The notes below the pieces were generated by a model. It saw only the letters and a list, made by a program, of their open reading frames with translations. It did no database searches and was not told the origin of the DNA. This document shows positions 18,693 to 28,396 of a stretch of DNA of 64,000 nt, one piece after another. The stretch comes from Candidatus Woesebacteria bacterium (GTDB lineage Bacteria; Patescibacteriota; Microgenomatia; UBA8517), in NCBI GenBank assembly GCA_003484955.1, contig DMZH01000003.1:47815-111814 (forward strand). The letters run 5' to 3'. Numbering within the stretch: the stretch's first letter is position 1; each line of letters starts with the position of its first letter. A program made the translations under genes and the position numbers.

Positions 18693-19340
18693 TCACAACT
18701 GGTCTATCGCTTGGGCTGTAATTTCGGAAAATCCCTCAACCACCAAATCTGCTTTTGAGAGAGCTTGTAAATCCCCGCCGGAAAAAATGGCAACAACTTT
18801 CATTCCGGCACGCCTTGCCGCCTCGACTCCTGAAGGTGAATCCTCTATAACCAAACATTCATACCTTTCAATACCAAGTTTATCCGCCGTTACAGTAAAA
18901 ATATCAGGATCGGGTTTGTTGTAAAGAACCTCATCGGCTGTCGTTATGACATCAAAGGCATCCCGTAAGTTGACCGTATCTAATATCTTTTCTGTCTGTT
19001 CCCAAATGTTCGAGGTGGCAAGCGCAACCCGTACTCCGCTGTCTTTTAATTTTTCAAGAAAATCATCAAACCCCGCTCTTACCGTTACCTCGCTAATACT
19101 GGCCAGGTATGCATTCTGAGTTTCTTTAGCTAGGGCTTCAGGAGTTTTATCCGTATTTATCGAATATTTCTTAATAAGAAGATCCCAGTTTTCTTTAACC
19201 CCAATTCCCTTTTCCTGAGGAGTGTCCGTCTTTGAATCAACATTTAAGTTTTTAAGAACTTTGTTAAATGCTTTTCCATACTCATCCTCATCTTCTAAAA
19301 TTGTCCCGTCCATATCAAAAATTACAGCAGAAAGTTTCAT
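18693..19340 (-). CDS. HAD-superfamily hydrolase (beta-phosphoglucomutase-like)
   Basis: DxD motif FDMDGTI, HAD motifs. Confidence 0.75.
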   Translation of the reverse strand: MKLSAVIFDMDGTILEDEDEYGKAFNKVLKNLNVDSKTDTPQEKGIGVKENWDLLIKKYSINTDKTPEALAKETQNAYLASISEVTVRAGFDDFLEKLKDSGVRVALATSNIWEQTEKILDTVNLRDAFDVITTADEVLYNKPDPDIFTVTADKLGIERYECLVIEDSPSGVEAARRAGMKVVAIFSGGDLQALSKADLVVEGFSEITAQAIDQL

Positions 19341-19341
19341 T

Positions 19342-20751
19342 TTATTTTAACGATTTATCACTTACATCAAAGCCGGCATCTTTTATTCGGTCACGTATCT
19401 TATCTGCCTCTTCAAATTTTCCTTCGCTTCGAAGTCTGTCTCTTTCCTCCATCAGAGAGGAAATATTTTCCGGGATTTCGATACTTTTTGTTTCATTCAA
19501 TTTCAGTCCCAATATTTCATCAAAACTCATGGCTAAATCGTATTTATCTCCGGACGGAATGTTACTGCCAAGCATTGACCACAATACCGCCAACCCCCTG
19601 GCAGTATTTAAATCGTCATTGATTGCCTCTGAAAATTCGTTTCTGTATTCCTCAATTTTTATCTCCTTATCCTCCGACAAAACGGTTCGATTCGGCTCCC
19701 CGGCGGAACTTTGGTGAAGCTGGAAAATTTGAGATTTAAGTTTTGAAAGTGCTGTCTGGGAAGCTTCCAGTGAATCCCAGGTAAAATTCAGAGGGTCGCG
19801 ATAGTGTGCTCCTAAATAAAGATATCTTAGATCCAGCGGGTCAAATCCCTTTTTCTCTACATCCTCCACTGTGTAAAAATTATTTAAGCTTTTACTCATC
19901 TTGCGTCCATCGACCATTAAAAATGCCGTATGCAGCCAATATTTTACAAAGGGAGTTTTGCCAGTTGCCGCTTCACTCTGGGCTATTTCGTTGGGATGGT
20001 GAATGCTTATGTGATCCTCCCCACCGGTGTGAATGTCAATCTGTTCTCCCAAATATTTCATACTCATCGCGGAACACTCTATATGCCAGCCGGGAAATCC
20101 ATCCCCCCATGGTGAATCCCAATGCATGGTGTGGTTTTCAAATCTGCCGATCCTTTTAAACCAAAGGGTAAAATCGGCGGGGTTTTTCTTGTGTTCCCCT
20201 GTTTGGACTTCACCTCTTACCGCAACTTTTTTATCTTCAAGTTTTTGTCCGAAAGCCTCACCGTATTTAGGAAATTTTGAAATATCAAAATAAACCGCTT
20301 CGGGAGTATCATAGGCAAACTCTTTATCCATTAATTTTTGTACCAGTTCAATTTGCTCCTTGATGTGGTCTGTGGCCTTACAGATAAAATTGGGTTTTTC
20401 TATGTTCAATTTATCCATCGATTCATAGAAATTATTAGTAAAGAATTCTGCAACTTCCCAGACTGTTTTACCCTGTTTAGCTGCTCCCTTTTCCAGTTTA
20501 TCTTCCCCTTCATCCGCATCGGACACTAAATGTCCGACATCGGTAACATTTTGAACATGTTCAACTTTATAACCATTTACAGTAAGCACCCTTTTAAGAA
20601 TGTCGTCCGTAACATATTTTCTGCCATGCCCTATGTGAGCGTAATCGTAAACTGTCATGCCGCAGGTATACATTCCAACCTTGGGAGGATTGATTGGTAT
20701 AAATTTTTCTTTTTTGTGAGTTAGTGTGTTGGTTAAAAAAATATCGGCCAT
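19342..20751 (-). CDS. cysS: Cysteinyl-tRNA synthetase
   Basis: HIGH (HIGHGR) and KMSKS motifs, Zn-binding Cys. Confidence 0.9.
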   Translation of the reverse strand: MADIFLTNTLTHKKEKFIPINPPKVGMYTCGMTVYDYAHIGHGRKYVTDDILKRVLTVNGYKVEHVQNVTDVGHLVSDADEGEDKLEKGAAKQGKTVWEVAEFFTNNFYESMDKLNIEKPNFICKATDHIKEQIELVQKLMDKEFAYDTPEAVYFDISKFPKYGEAFGQKLEDKKVAVRGEVQTGEHKKNPADFTLWFKRIGRFENHTMHWDSPWGDGFPGWHIECSAMSMKYLGEQIDIHTGGEDHISIHHPNEIAQSEAATGKTPFVKYWLHTAFLMVDGRKMSKSLNNFYTVEDVEKKGFDPLDLRYLYLGAHYRDPLNFTWDSLEASQTALSKLKSQIFQLHQSSAGEPNRTVLSEDKEIKIEEYRNEFSEAINDDLNTARGLAVLWSMLGSNIPSGDKYDLAMSFDEILGLKLNETKSIEIPENISSLMEERDRLRSEGKFEEADKIRDRIKDAGFDVSDKSLK

Positions 20752-20767
20752 GGGATCATTTTACATT

Positions 20768-20788
20768 GTTAATTGATAATTGTTAATT
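20768..20788. repeat. Heptamer tandem repeat (TTAATTG)x3 immediately upstream of the cysS start
   Basis: Read directly: cattg ttaattg ataattg ttaattg. Confidence 0.75.
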
Positions 20789-20789
20789 G

Positions 20790-21326
20790 TTATCCCGATG
20801 GAGGTATTGGTTTTTCGACTCTGGTTTGTTGTTTTTCCGCTTCATGTCTTTGCCCGGCACCAAACCGGCGGCTTGGTTTTGAGTGAATGGCAGGAATTTC
20901 GTTCAAACCGGTATTTTGTTCCTCATCAATCCGGTTTTTGACAGCCTCTTCTTGAGCTTTCAGAACCTGTCTTTGCTCCATGGAAAGCTCTGTATAATTT
21001 TCCAGTGGAATATCTTCCCCTTCTGCAATTCTACTTTGAAGATCGTTGAATAAATCCTGTTTACGAATGTCTGCAATCTCTTGATTAAGAGCCTCCATTC
21101 TACGGCTTGATTTGGCTTTATCCTGAAGTTCGTTTTGATAATGGGTGGTTTTTGGTCGGCTTTCAGAACTCTGGATATCCGGAGGTTGTATAATATCTTG
21201 GCTTTTTGTATCTTGCTCACCACCGGCAACCTGTTTTCCCGCTTCCCTTAATATTTCCAGTGGTTCCTGCGCAATTTGCTTTGCCAGATCCTGTGCAAGT
21301 TGTTGTGTATTTTTGGCAGTACCCAT
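20790..21326 (-). CDS. Hypothetical Glu/Gln-rich coiled-coil protein
   Basis: ORF only; start set to an internal Met to limit overlap with recR. Confidence 0.35.
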   Translation of the reverse strand: MGTAKNTQQLAQDLAKQIAQEPLEILREAGKQVAGGEQDTKSQDIIQPPDIQSSESRPKTTHYQNELQDKAKSSRRMEALNQEIADIRKQDLFNDLQSRIAEGEDIPLENYTELSMEQRQVLKAQEEAVKNRIDEEQNTGLNEIPAIHSKPSRRFGAGQRHEAEKQQTRVEKPIPPSG

Positions 21327-21330
21327 ATGA

Positions 21331-21939
21331 TCACAATTCTCTCCTTCCCTCAAGCGCGCGGGCCAGAGTCACCTCATCGGCATACTCCAGATCGGCACCG
21401 GTCGGAATCCCCATTCCCAATCTTGTAATTTTTACTTCTGAATTATTAATTTTTAACTGCTTCATCAGAAACATGCTCGTTGCTTCACCCTCCATTGTTG
21501 GGTTTGTGGCAATTATAGCCTCCTTTATGTCATCTTTATTGTCCTTTACCCTATTTAAAAGATCCTGTATATAAATTTCATCGGGACCAATATTTTCCAA
21601 CGGATTAATGGCACCATGCAAGACATGGTAAACCCCTTTGAACCTACCCATTCTTTCAAAAGCCAGAACATCCAGGGGTTCTTCAACAACCATTATCACC
21701 GAGTGGTCTCGGCTGTTATCTGAACAAATTGAACAGGGATCGGTCTCATTCACATTTTTACAAACCGAGCAAAGGACCGTATCTTTTTTAAGTCTTGAAA
21801 TACTTTCCGAGAAATCGTCAAGTTCTCGCTGAGGAACATGGAGAAGATAATAAGTTAGCCTCTGGGCCGATTTTGGTCCAATTCCGGGAAGTTTTTGAAA
21901 AGATTCAATAAGTGCTGCAATCGGGCGCGCTATTTTCAT
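21331..21939 (-). CDS. recR: Recombination protein RecR
   Basis: HhH N-terminus (LPGIGPKSAQRL), C4 zinc finger, Toprim. Confidence 0.9.
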   Translation of the reverse strand: MKIARPIAALIESFQKLPGIGPKSAQRLTYYLLHVPQRELDDFSESISRLKKDTVLCSVCKNVNETDPCSICSDNSRDHSVIMVVEEPLDVLAFERMGRFKGVYHVLHGAINPLENIGPDEIYIQDLLNRVKDNKDDIKEAIIATNPTMEGEATSMFLMKQLKINNSEVKITRLGMGIPTGADLEYADEVTLARALEGRREL

Positions 21940-21956
21940 AATGTTATTCTAGCAGA

Positions 21957-22232
21957 TTACTTTAGTCCACCCAGAAGCCCGCCCAAACCCCCTCCCATTT
22001 CCATCATTTTCCTTGCCGATTCTTTTTGAACTTTCTTCATCGCTTCATTTATAAGTTCTGTCAATTCTTTCATATCTTCATCACCGTTTTTGATGTAGCG
22101 AAGTTTTTGGTCCCCCGTCACAGAAACAGTCCAACCGTGTTTTTCCTCGGTTTGGATAATTTTCTCAAGTTCTTTCTGCAGCTCTTTTGCCTGACGCTGC
22201 ATATTTGCCAGGTTTTTAACTTTGTCAAACAT
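21957..22232 (-). CDS. ybaB: Nucleoid-associated protein YbaB/EbfC
   Basis: Start NLANMQRQAKELQKELE; dnaX-ybaB-recR synteny. Confidence 0.85.
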   Translation of the reverse strand: MFDKVKNLANMQRQAKELQKELEKIIQTEEKHGWTVSVTGDQKLRYIKNGDEDMKELTELINEAMKKVQKESARKMMEMGGGLGGLLGGLK

Positions 22233-22290
22233 ATATATCGATTTTACTTCGTAAAATTACAAATTACAATTTTGAATTTAAAGTTGGCTA

Positions 22291-23793
22291 CTAATTGCTG
22301 AATATTTTTTCGGCAATTTCAACAATATCTTTGTCTTTTCCTTCAGTTAAAATAGTTTCTATTTTTGTCTCTTCAACAATTTTCTTGGGTGGCGGCTCGA
22401 CCAGTACACAATTTACTTTTGTCGGCGACTGCAGTACTTTTGCAACAATCTCCTCCAGAGTTTTTCTGTGACGCGCTTCTTCAATCCTCTCTTTATGAAA
22501 TTTATAATAAACGCCCAGGGTGAGAATTTTTCCATTATAAGAAATTGGCTTAGCGGCACGAAGAAGGGCTTCCATTGTGGCGTTAACCGGTTTAACGAGA
22601 GCCAAAATATTCTTCCACACATCGTCTCGAATCTCCAATATCTCACCCGATAGGCTTTCCTGAAATTCAGTCTCAGATCCAACCTTGTCATTTTTTTCTT
22701 CCCTGGTCTCCTCTGCCTTAGGAATCTCTTTGGATTTGTTTTTTTTGCTTTCATCATCATCTTTTTCGTCTTCACCACACCAGGAAATAAGTGCCAGCTC
22801 CAAAGGCAGTTCCTCGACAGGACTTGATCCAATTTCCCGAAAAGCCCCGGTTAGAAGATCGATGAGGGTAATGAGCTCGGCCTTTGATAAACTTTCCAAG
22901 TTGTCATTTCCGACACCGACTTTGGATAAAAGGCTGCTTCTTAGTTTTTTTATTAAAGATTCCAAAAAGTTTTCAATCGTTACCCCCTTTGTGCCCAGTT
23001 CCTCGACCTCCGAAAGAAGTTTCTTCAAATCTTTCACTGCAAGGAGTTTTGTAAAATTATCCAAATCAAAAGATTTATTTTTAAAGAGAAACTCTTCAAG
23101 AGACTCCTCGGTAAGTTCTTTTTCTTCTGCCGTCAACTGTTCCAAAATCTTAATTGCATCCCTGAATGATCCGTCTGAAGCCTCAGCAATAAGTGTTAGT
23201 GCCGATTCCTCAATTTTTATTTTCTCCCCATCAACCACCCTTTTAAGAGATCTTATTATTTCGGGAATACTCGCCTTTCGAAAAGGAATCAGTGTGGTTC
23301 TGGAACGAATCGTGCCAATTAATTTTTCAGGGTTAGTTGTCGCTAAAATAAAAACCACATGTTCGGGAGGTTCTTCTAGGGTTTTTAAAAGAGCATTGCT
23401 TGCTTCGGCAGTTAACATGTGTACCTCATCAATAATGTAAATTTTCTTTTTACCGGACACAGGAGCAAGTTTAACTGCATCCCGCAGAACCCGAACATCA
23501 TCAATACCCCGATGGGATGCCGCATCCATTTCAACAACATCAAGGTTTGACCCGTTGATTATAGAAATACATTGCCCGCACTTATCGCACGGTTTGGTAT
23601 CTTTCAAATCCTGGCAATTAATTATTTTGGCAAGAATTCTTGCAGCTGAAGTTTTACCCGTACCCTTTGGTCCTGCAAACAAAAATGCATGAGGGATAGA
23701 TTTTTTGGAAACTATTTTTTTGAGAGATTCACTGACATCAGTTAAATCCAGTTCATCCAAATTTTTTGACCGGTATTTAAGATATAATGTCAT
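22291..23793 (-). CDS. dnaX: DNA polymerase III subunit gamma/tau
   Basis: AAA+ P-loop GPKGTGKTS, zinc module CDKCGQC, sensor motifs. Confidence 0.9.
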   Translation of the reverse strand: MTLYLKYRSKNLDELDLTDVSESLKKIVSKKSIPHAFLFAGPKGTGKTSAARILAKIINCQDLKDTKPCDKCGQCISIINGSNLDVVEMDAASHRGIDDVRVLRDAVKLAPVSGKKKIYIIDEVHMLTAEASNALLKTLEEPPEHVVFILATTNPEKLIGTIRSRTTLIPFRKASIPEIIRSLKRVVDGEKIKIEESALTLIAEASDGSFRDAIKILEQLTAEEKELTEESLEEFLFKNKSFDLDNFTKLLAVKDLKKLLSEVEELGTKGVTIENFLESLIKKLRSSLLSKVGVGNDNLESLSKAELITLIDLLTGAFREIGSSPVEELPLELALISWCGEDEKDDDESKKNKSKEIPKAEETREEKNDKVGSETEFQESLSGEILEIRDDVWKNILALVKPVNATMEALLRAAKPISYNGKILTLGVYYKFHKERIEEARHRKTLEEIVAKVLQSPTKVNCVLVEPPPKKIVEETKIETILTEGKDKDIVEIAEKIFSN

Positions 23794-24179
23794 TCTTTGT
23801 GATGAATTCCCATCAGATGCATGGCTCCATGTTCTATTAGTTTATAAACTCTTTGGTCAATCAGTATATTTTCCTCAATTGCCTCTTTCACTGCCAACGG
23901 GTAGCAAACAATAATCTCACCCAGATGAATCTTTCCGTTCGGCGGGTAGATGAATCCTCCTTTTGTTTCCTCGGTTACAAATGATAAAACATTGTGAAGT
24001 TTTTTGTCCTTCAAAAACTTTTTCCCTATCTCAAGCATTCTTTTTTCTCCAACTATCGCGACAGAAACTTCGGCATCGGAAACAATTCCCTTTTTTGTAA
24101 AAAATTCCGCCAGCTTTTTTTTGATAACCGCTGATTTGACCGGATAGTTAGATTGTTTAGTAATTAAAACTTTAATCAT
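23790..24179 (-). CDS. ybeY: Endoribonuclease YbeY
   Basis: C-terminal HGAMHLMGIHH metal-binding motif, about 130 aa. Confidence 0.75.
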   Translation of the reverse strand: MIKVLITKQSNYPVKSAVIKKKLAEFFTKKGIVSDAEVSVAIVGEKRMLEIGKKFLKDKKLHNVLSFVTEETKGGFIYPPNGKIHLGEIIVCYPLAVKEAIEENILIDQRVYKLIEHGAMHLMGIHHKE

Positions 24180-24197
24180 GATATACGAAGCTCCACC

Positions 24198-24635
24198 CTA
24201 ACCAAGTTCTCCTCTTACCAGTTGAGCAATTTTTCCTCCATCAGCATTTGGTGCTTTACCTTTTACGAATCCGATTACTTTCCCCATATCACCCATTCCT
24301 GCAGGTTTGATTTCGGCAACTGCTTCATCAATCAATTTCGCAAGTTCTTCATCGCCCATTTCCGGAGGTAGATATTCCTGAAGGATTTTTAGCTCATCTT
24401 CTTCTTTTTGGGCGCGGTCGGACGATCCGGCATTTTTATACATCTCAACCGCTTCCTTTCTTTTTTTTGCTTCACGCCTTATAACCACAAGTTCTTCCTC
24501 GTCTGTTAGTTCATGCTGTTTCTCAATTTTTTCGTAATTAAAGGCGGAAAGAAGAAGCCTCAGTGTGGAAGTTCTCGTTTCATCATGGGCTTTCATCGAC
24601 TCACCAATCTTTTGCTGTAAGGTTTGTGTAATCAT
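24198..24635 (-). CDS. GatB/YqeY-domain protein
   Basis: Typical YqeY N-terminus and length. Confidence 0.7.
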   Translation of the reverse strand: MITQTLQQKIGESMKAHDETRTSTLRLLLSAFNYEKIEKQHELTDEEELVVIRREAKKRKEAVEMYKNAGSSDRAQKEEDELKILQEYLPPEMGDEELAKLIDEAVAEIKPAGMGDMGKVIGFVKGKAPNADGGKIAQLVRGELG

Positions 24636-24952
24636 ATTTTTTTATCACTCGAGATTTCACCCAGCAGGTGCATGTGCATGTGGTGCACAGCAGCCGCGTC
24701 ACCTGCATTCGTTGTCATCCTAAAGTTAGTTATACCCTTTTCTCCCATCAGTTCCAACCCCAATTTTTTGATTTCAGTCCAAAGCAAATCGTCCAACCCA
24801 TTCACGTCTTTGATATGCCTTTTGGGAATAATTAAGATGTGTGTACTCGCCTGTGGATTGATATCATTAATCGCAATTAGACTGTCTGTCTCTTTAATTT
24901 TGTCAGACGGAATTTCCCGGTTTACAATTTTACAAAAAACACAATCTTCCAT
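24632..24952 (-). CDS. HIT-family (histidine triad) hydrolase
   Basis: HxHxHxx motif AVHHMHMHLL. Confidence 0.8.
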   Translation of the reverse strand: MEDCVFCKIVNREIPSDKIKETDSLIAINDINPQASTHILIIPKRHIKDVNGLDDLLWTEIKKLGLELMGEKGITNFRMTTNAGDAAAVHHMHMHLLGEISSDKKI

Positions 24953-26182
24953 CTATTTTTTAAGTCGTTTAATGACCTCATCGAAATCCAAAAGTTCGGA
25001 TGCGTCTGTCGTTCTTTCCTTCCACTCGATTTTATCTCCATTACGTTCCGATACAACTAAGCGAACGGGAATTCCGATTAGGTCGGCATCCGCAAATTTT
25101 TCTCCCGGAGCAACATCCCGATCGTCCCACAAAACATCGATATTGTTTTCTTTCAATTTTTCGTATATCTCTTTTCCATTTCCTCCAGGAAGTTCCACTA
25201 AGTGAATGTCAAACGGAGCGATTTGCGGATACCAAATAATCCCTTTGTCATCGTGTGACACTTCCACCAAAGTTCCCATAACACGTGTGGGGCCAATTCC
25301 ATAACTGGCAAACCAAATCGGTTTTTTAAGTCCTTTTTCATCCGTGTAATAAACATGCATCCGTTCCGCATACCATGTGCCAAGAGGAAATATGTTTCCA
25401 ACCTCCACCGTTCCTTCAATTTTTTCAATTTTCCCCTCTTTACATTTTGGACATTTTTCTCCCTCGTTTCCTTCGAATATTTCCTTATTTACGGAATAAT
25501 CACACTTATTACAAGTAAATATTGTATCCTCGCCATTTGCGCCGATTACTTGAAATTCGTGGGTGTGTCTTTCGGTAAAAACCCCTCCTGATGCCTCAGC
25601 GACTTTAAAATCAAATCCTAGTCTTTTGAAAATTTTTACATAAGCTCCTTTTACCTTCTCGTAATAATTCATCATATCTTCTTCATTTGCATGTGCAGAA
25701 TAAAGGTCTTTCATCATAAATTCCTTCCCTCTTAATATTCCGCTTTTGGCTCTTGCCTCATTTCTAAATTTGGTTGAGAGCTGATATATGGCAACCGGTA
25801 AATCCTGATAACTTTTGATATTTTTGCGAAGTAAATCCATTACTATTTCTTCATGGGTGAAAGATAAAACATATTCCTTTTTCCTGGTATCGGATAATTT
25901 ATACATTATCTCGTCAGCTTTATCCCACCTCCCTGTTTCACTCCAAATTTCTTTCGGATGAAGAAGGGGCATTAGCATTTCCTGCCCACCAACCGCATTA
26001 ATTTCTTCTCTGATGATCTGGTTTATTTTTGTGACAACCCTAAGTCCAAGTGGAAGAAGAGTCCAACTTCCGGACATCAGCTGATCAATAAATCCTGCGC
26101 GAACAAGAAGTTTATGGTTTAAACTTTGTGCGTCTTTCGGAGCTTCTTTTCTTGTTTTTGGAAAGAGTTGTGATTGTTTCAT
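24953..26182 (-). CDS. proS: Prolyl-tRNA synthetase, compact form with no INS editing domain and a Cys4 insert
   Basis: HKLLVRAGFIDQL...LPLGLRV class II motifs; CNKCDYS...CPKCKEG insert; start taken at the MKQSQ Met. Confidence 0.8.
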   Translation of the reverse strand: MKQSQLFPKTRKEAPKDAQSLNHKLLVRAGFIDQLMSGSWTLLPLGLRVVTKINQIIREEINAVGGQEMLMPLLHPKEIWSETGRWDKADEIMYKLSDTRKKEYVLSFTHEEIVMDLLRKNIKSYQDLPVAIYQLSTKFRNEARAKSGILRGKEFMMKDLYSAHANEEDMMNYYEKVKGAYVKIFKRLGFDFKVAEASGGVFTERHTHEFQVIGANGEDTIFTCNKCDYSVNKEIFEGNEGEKCPKCKEGKIEKIEGTVEVGNIFPLGTWYAERMHVYYTDEKGLKKPIWFASYGIGPTRVMGTLVEVSHDDKGIIWYPQIAPFDIHLVELPGGNGKEIYEKLKENNIDVLWDDRDVAPGEKFADADLIGIPVRLVVSERNGDKIEWKERTTDASELLDFDEVIKRLKK

Positions 26183-26195
26183 CGAGCCTATTGTA

Positions 26196-27308
26196 TCATT
26201 TTCCCAACGAGTTAATGAATCCGTCAATTCCACCGTTTGTTACAAGTCTTCGCACATCCCCGACTGTAATTACCAGAAGAAGAGTTAAAAGCAGGAGAAA
26301 GCCTATGTTGTTAATTGTCGCTTCAACTTTTCTGGAAACTTTTTTTCTGGTAACCGTCTCAATTCCTATAAAGACGAGTCTTCCTCCATCAAGCGCCGGG
26401 AAAGGTATAACATTCAAAATTGCCAGGTTGACGGAAAGAATACCGACAAAATTGAGAAGAGTCAGAAAACCGCTCTTTGAAGCTTCTGTAGTCACCGCAT
26501 AAATCCCGATCGGTCCTGAAACCCCTTGAGGGGTCTTTCCTTCAAAAATCCCGGACAGTAGACCCCACAGCCCCGTCGCAATGGTTTTACCCCAAAAAAT
26601 ACCGTCTTTAAATCCGTAATAAATTCCATAAAAAGGTCTGAGCAGTACGGGCGGATAATAAATTTCCATTGTTGTAATCGTCACCCCAACCGATCCCTCG
26701 CCGGAGGGTGGATTCTCTCTGGGAATAAGGCTAACCGTCAGGGTTTTTGTCTGACCGTTTATATCCCTCTGAACCTCATAAGTTACCCTTTTACCCTTAT
26801 AAGTGGCTGTTTTTGCAACAAACTCGTCAGACAGAACAATTGTTTCACCACCAACTTTAGTGATAATATCGCCAACCACAATTCCGGCATTTGCCGCGGG
26901 AGACCCTGATGCCACGTCGATTACTTTCACTTTTCCTCCGTCTCGGGGTATTCCGGAGAATGAGTAAACAATTGCAAAAACTATAATTGCCAAAAGGAAG
27001 TTCATAACAACTCCGGCAATTACAACCATAGCTCTTACTTTTTTGCTTTTATGCAAAAATGAATGTTTAACATTCGTTCCCTCATCCTCCTCCTGTTCCC
27101 CATGAAGTCTTACAAAACCACCAAAAGGAAGGGCATTAATCGAGTAGACAGTTTCACCTATCTTCTTGCTGAAAAGTCTTGGAGGAAGTCCGAAGCCAAA
27201 TTCTTCAACTTTTATTCCGGACTTTCTAGCAACAATAAAGTGTCCGAATTCATGGGATATAATTAACACCGAAAGCACAAGTATAAAAACAAGAATAGAG
27301 ACCAACAT
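26196..27308 (-). CDS. rseP: RIP metalloprotease RseP (site-2 protease, peptidase M50 with PDZ domain)
   Basis: HEFGH zinc motif in TM1, PDZ domain, LDGG motif. Confidence 0.85.
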   Translation of the reverse strand: MLVSILVFILVLSVLIISHEFGHFIVARKSGIKVEEFGFGLPPRLFSKKIGETVYSINALPFGGFVRLHGEQEEDEGTNVKHSFLHKSKKVRAMVVIAGVVMNFLLAIIVFAIVYSFSGIPRDGGKVKVIDVASGSPAANAGIVVGDIITKVGGETIVLSDEFVAKTATYKGKRVTYEVQRDINGQTKTLTVSLIPRENPPSGEGSVGVTITTMEIYYPPVLLRPFYGIYYGFKDGIFWGKTIATGLWGLLSGIFEGKTPQGVSGPIGIYAVTTEASKSGFLTLLNFVGILSVNLAILNVIPFPALDGGRLVFIGIETVTRKKVSRKVEATINNIGFLLLLTLLLVITVGDVRRLVTNGGIDGFINSLGK

Positions 27309-27372
27309 ATATGGATGTATTATGTATTAGGTATCACTCAGAAGCAAGAAGATCATGGACACGGGAAGAATG

Positions 27373-27927
27373 TTATATTTGAAGAAGTTCCGCTTTTTTC
27401 TTCCCACCCATCTCCTCAATCTTACCGACAAATTCATCGGTAATTTCCTGAAGTTTTTTCTCAAACAAAAATTTATCATCTTCCGTAATTTCTTTTGCCT
27501 CAAATTTATTTTTAATTTCATGCATCTCGTCTCCCCTTACTTGACGTATTGCAACTTTGCCATTCTCAAGTTTTCCGGAGAGAAGTTTGACATACTTTTC
27601 TCTGTCTTCCGTGGTCATTGGAGCAATAATAATTCTTATTACCTCGCCATCGATTGAAGGATTCAGGCCGATACCGGCTTCGGCTATTCCCTTTTTAATG
27701 TCTCCGATTATGGATTTATCCCAAGGATTAATAACTATCTGGGTAGGATCCGGAGTAGAAATCGAGGCAAGTTCCACAACCTTTAATCTTTGTGTTCCGC
27801 CATATGCAGGGCAAATAATATTTTCTACAAGTGCCGAAGATGCTCTACCGGTTCTTATTCCTGAAATATCAGAAGCAACAACGTCTAGAGTTGACTGCAT
27901 TTTAGAACGTATCGAAGATTCGTCCAT
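27373..27927 (-). CDS. frr: Ribosome recycling factor
   Basis: Full-length RRF similarity. Confidence 0.9.
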   Translation of the reverse strand: MDESSIRSKMQSTLDVVASDISGIRTGRASSALVENIICPAYGGTQRLKVVELASISTPDPTQIVINPWDKSIIGDIKKGIAEAGIGLNPSIDGEVIRIIIAPMTTEDREKYVKLLSGKLENGKVAIRQVRGDEMHEIKNKFEAKEITEDDKFLFEKKLQEITDEFVGKIEEMGGKKKAELLQI

Positions 27928-27941
27928 TTTGTGGAATTGTA

Positions 27942-28394
27942 CTACTTTCCTAATTCTACACGAAAAACCCGGCCCAAGCGAACGTTTTCCCCTGTCCTGG
28001 CAATAAGTTCCTTAATTAAATCCGAAACTTTTTTGCCGGAGTCTTTTACGAAATCCTGTTTTTCCAGATTAGCTTCTCCCATTGAGGCAACCTGCATAGC
28101 AAGGTCTTTTCCTAATGCTTCAAAAAGCTCATTTCTGGCGACAAAGTCAGTTTCGCAAAGAAGTTCCACTATACCAACAACTTTTCCTGTGTGGTGTGTG
28201 TAAACAAAAACCTTTCCCTCGGAAGTATTTCTTCCCTCACGCTTCGAGGCTTTTTCAAACCCTTCTTTTTTAAGAACCTCTAGTGCCTTTTTTTTGTCCC
28301 CGCCAACCTCTTCCAAAACTTCACGGATCCGAATTATGGCAACCCCCGTTTCTTCTCTGAGTTTTTTAATAAGTTCAATATCTATTTTGGCCAT
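27942..28394 (-). CDS. tsf: Elongation factor Ts (short form)
   Basis: UBA-like N-terminus LIKKLREETGVAI, about 150 aa. Confidence 0.85.
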   Translation of the reverse strand: MAKIDIELIKKLREETGVAIIRIREVLEEVGGDKKKALEVLKKEGFEKASKREGRNTSEGKVFVYTHHTGKVVGIVELLCETDFVARNELFEALGKDLAMQVASMGEANLEKQDFVKDSGKKVSDLIKELIARTGENVRLGRVFRVELGK

Positions 28395-28396
28395 TT

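Noticed and set aside
22413-23440. ORFs 22413-22832 (-) and 22685-23440 (+) inside dnaX
   Set aside because: They are embedded in or antisense to dnaX and low-complexity (Ser/Lys-rich), so they are frame artefacts.
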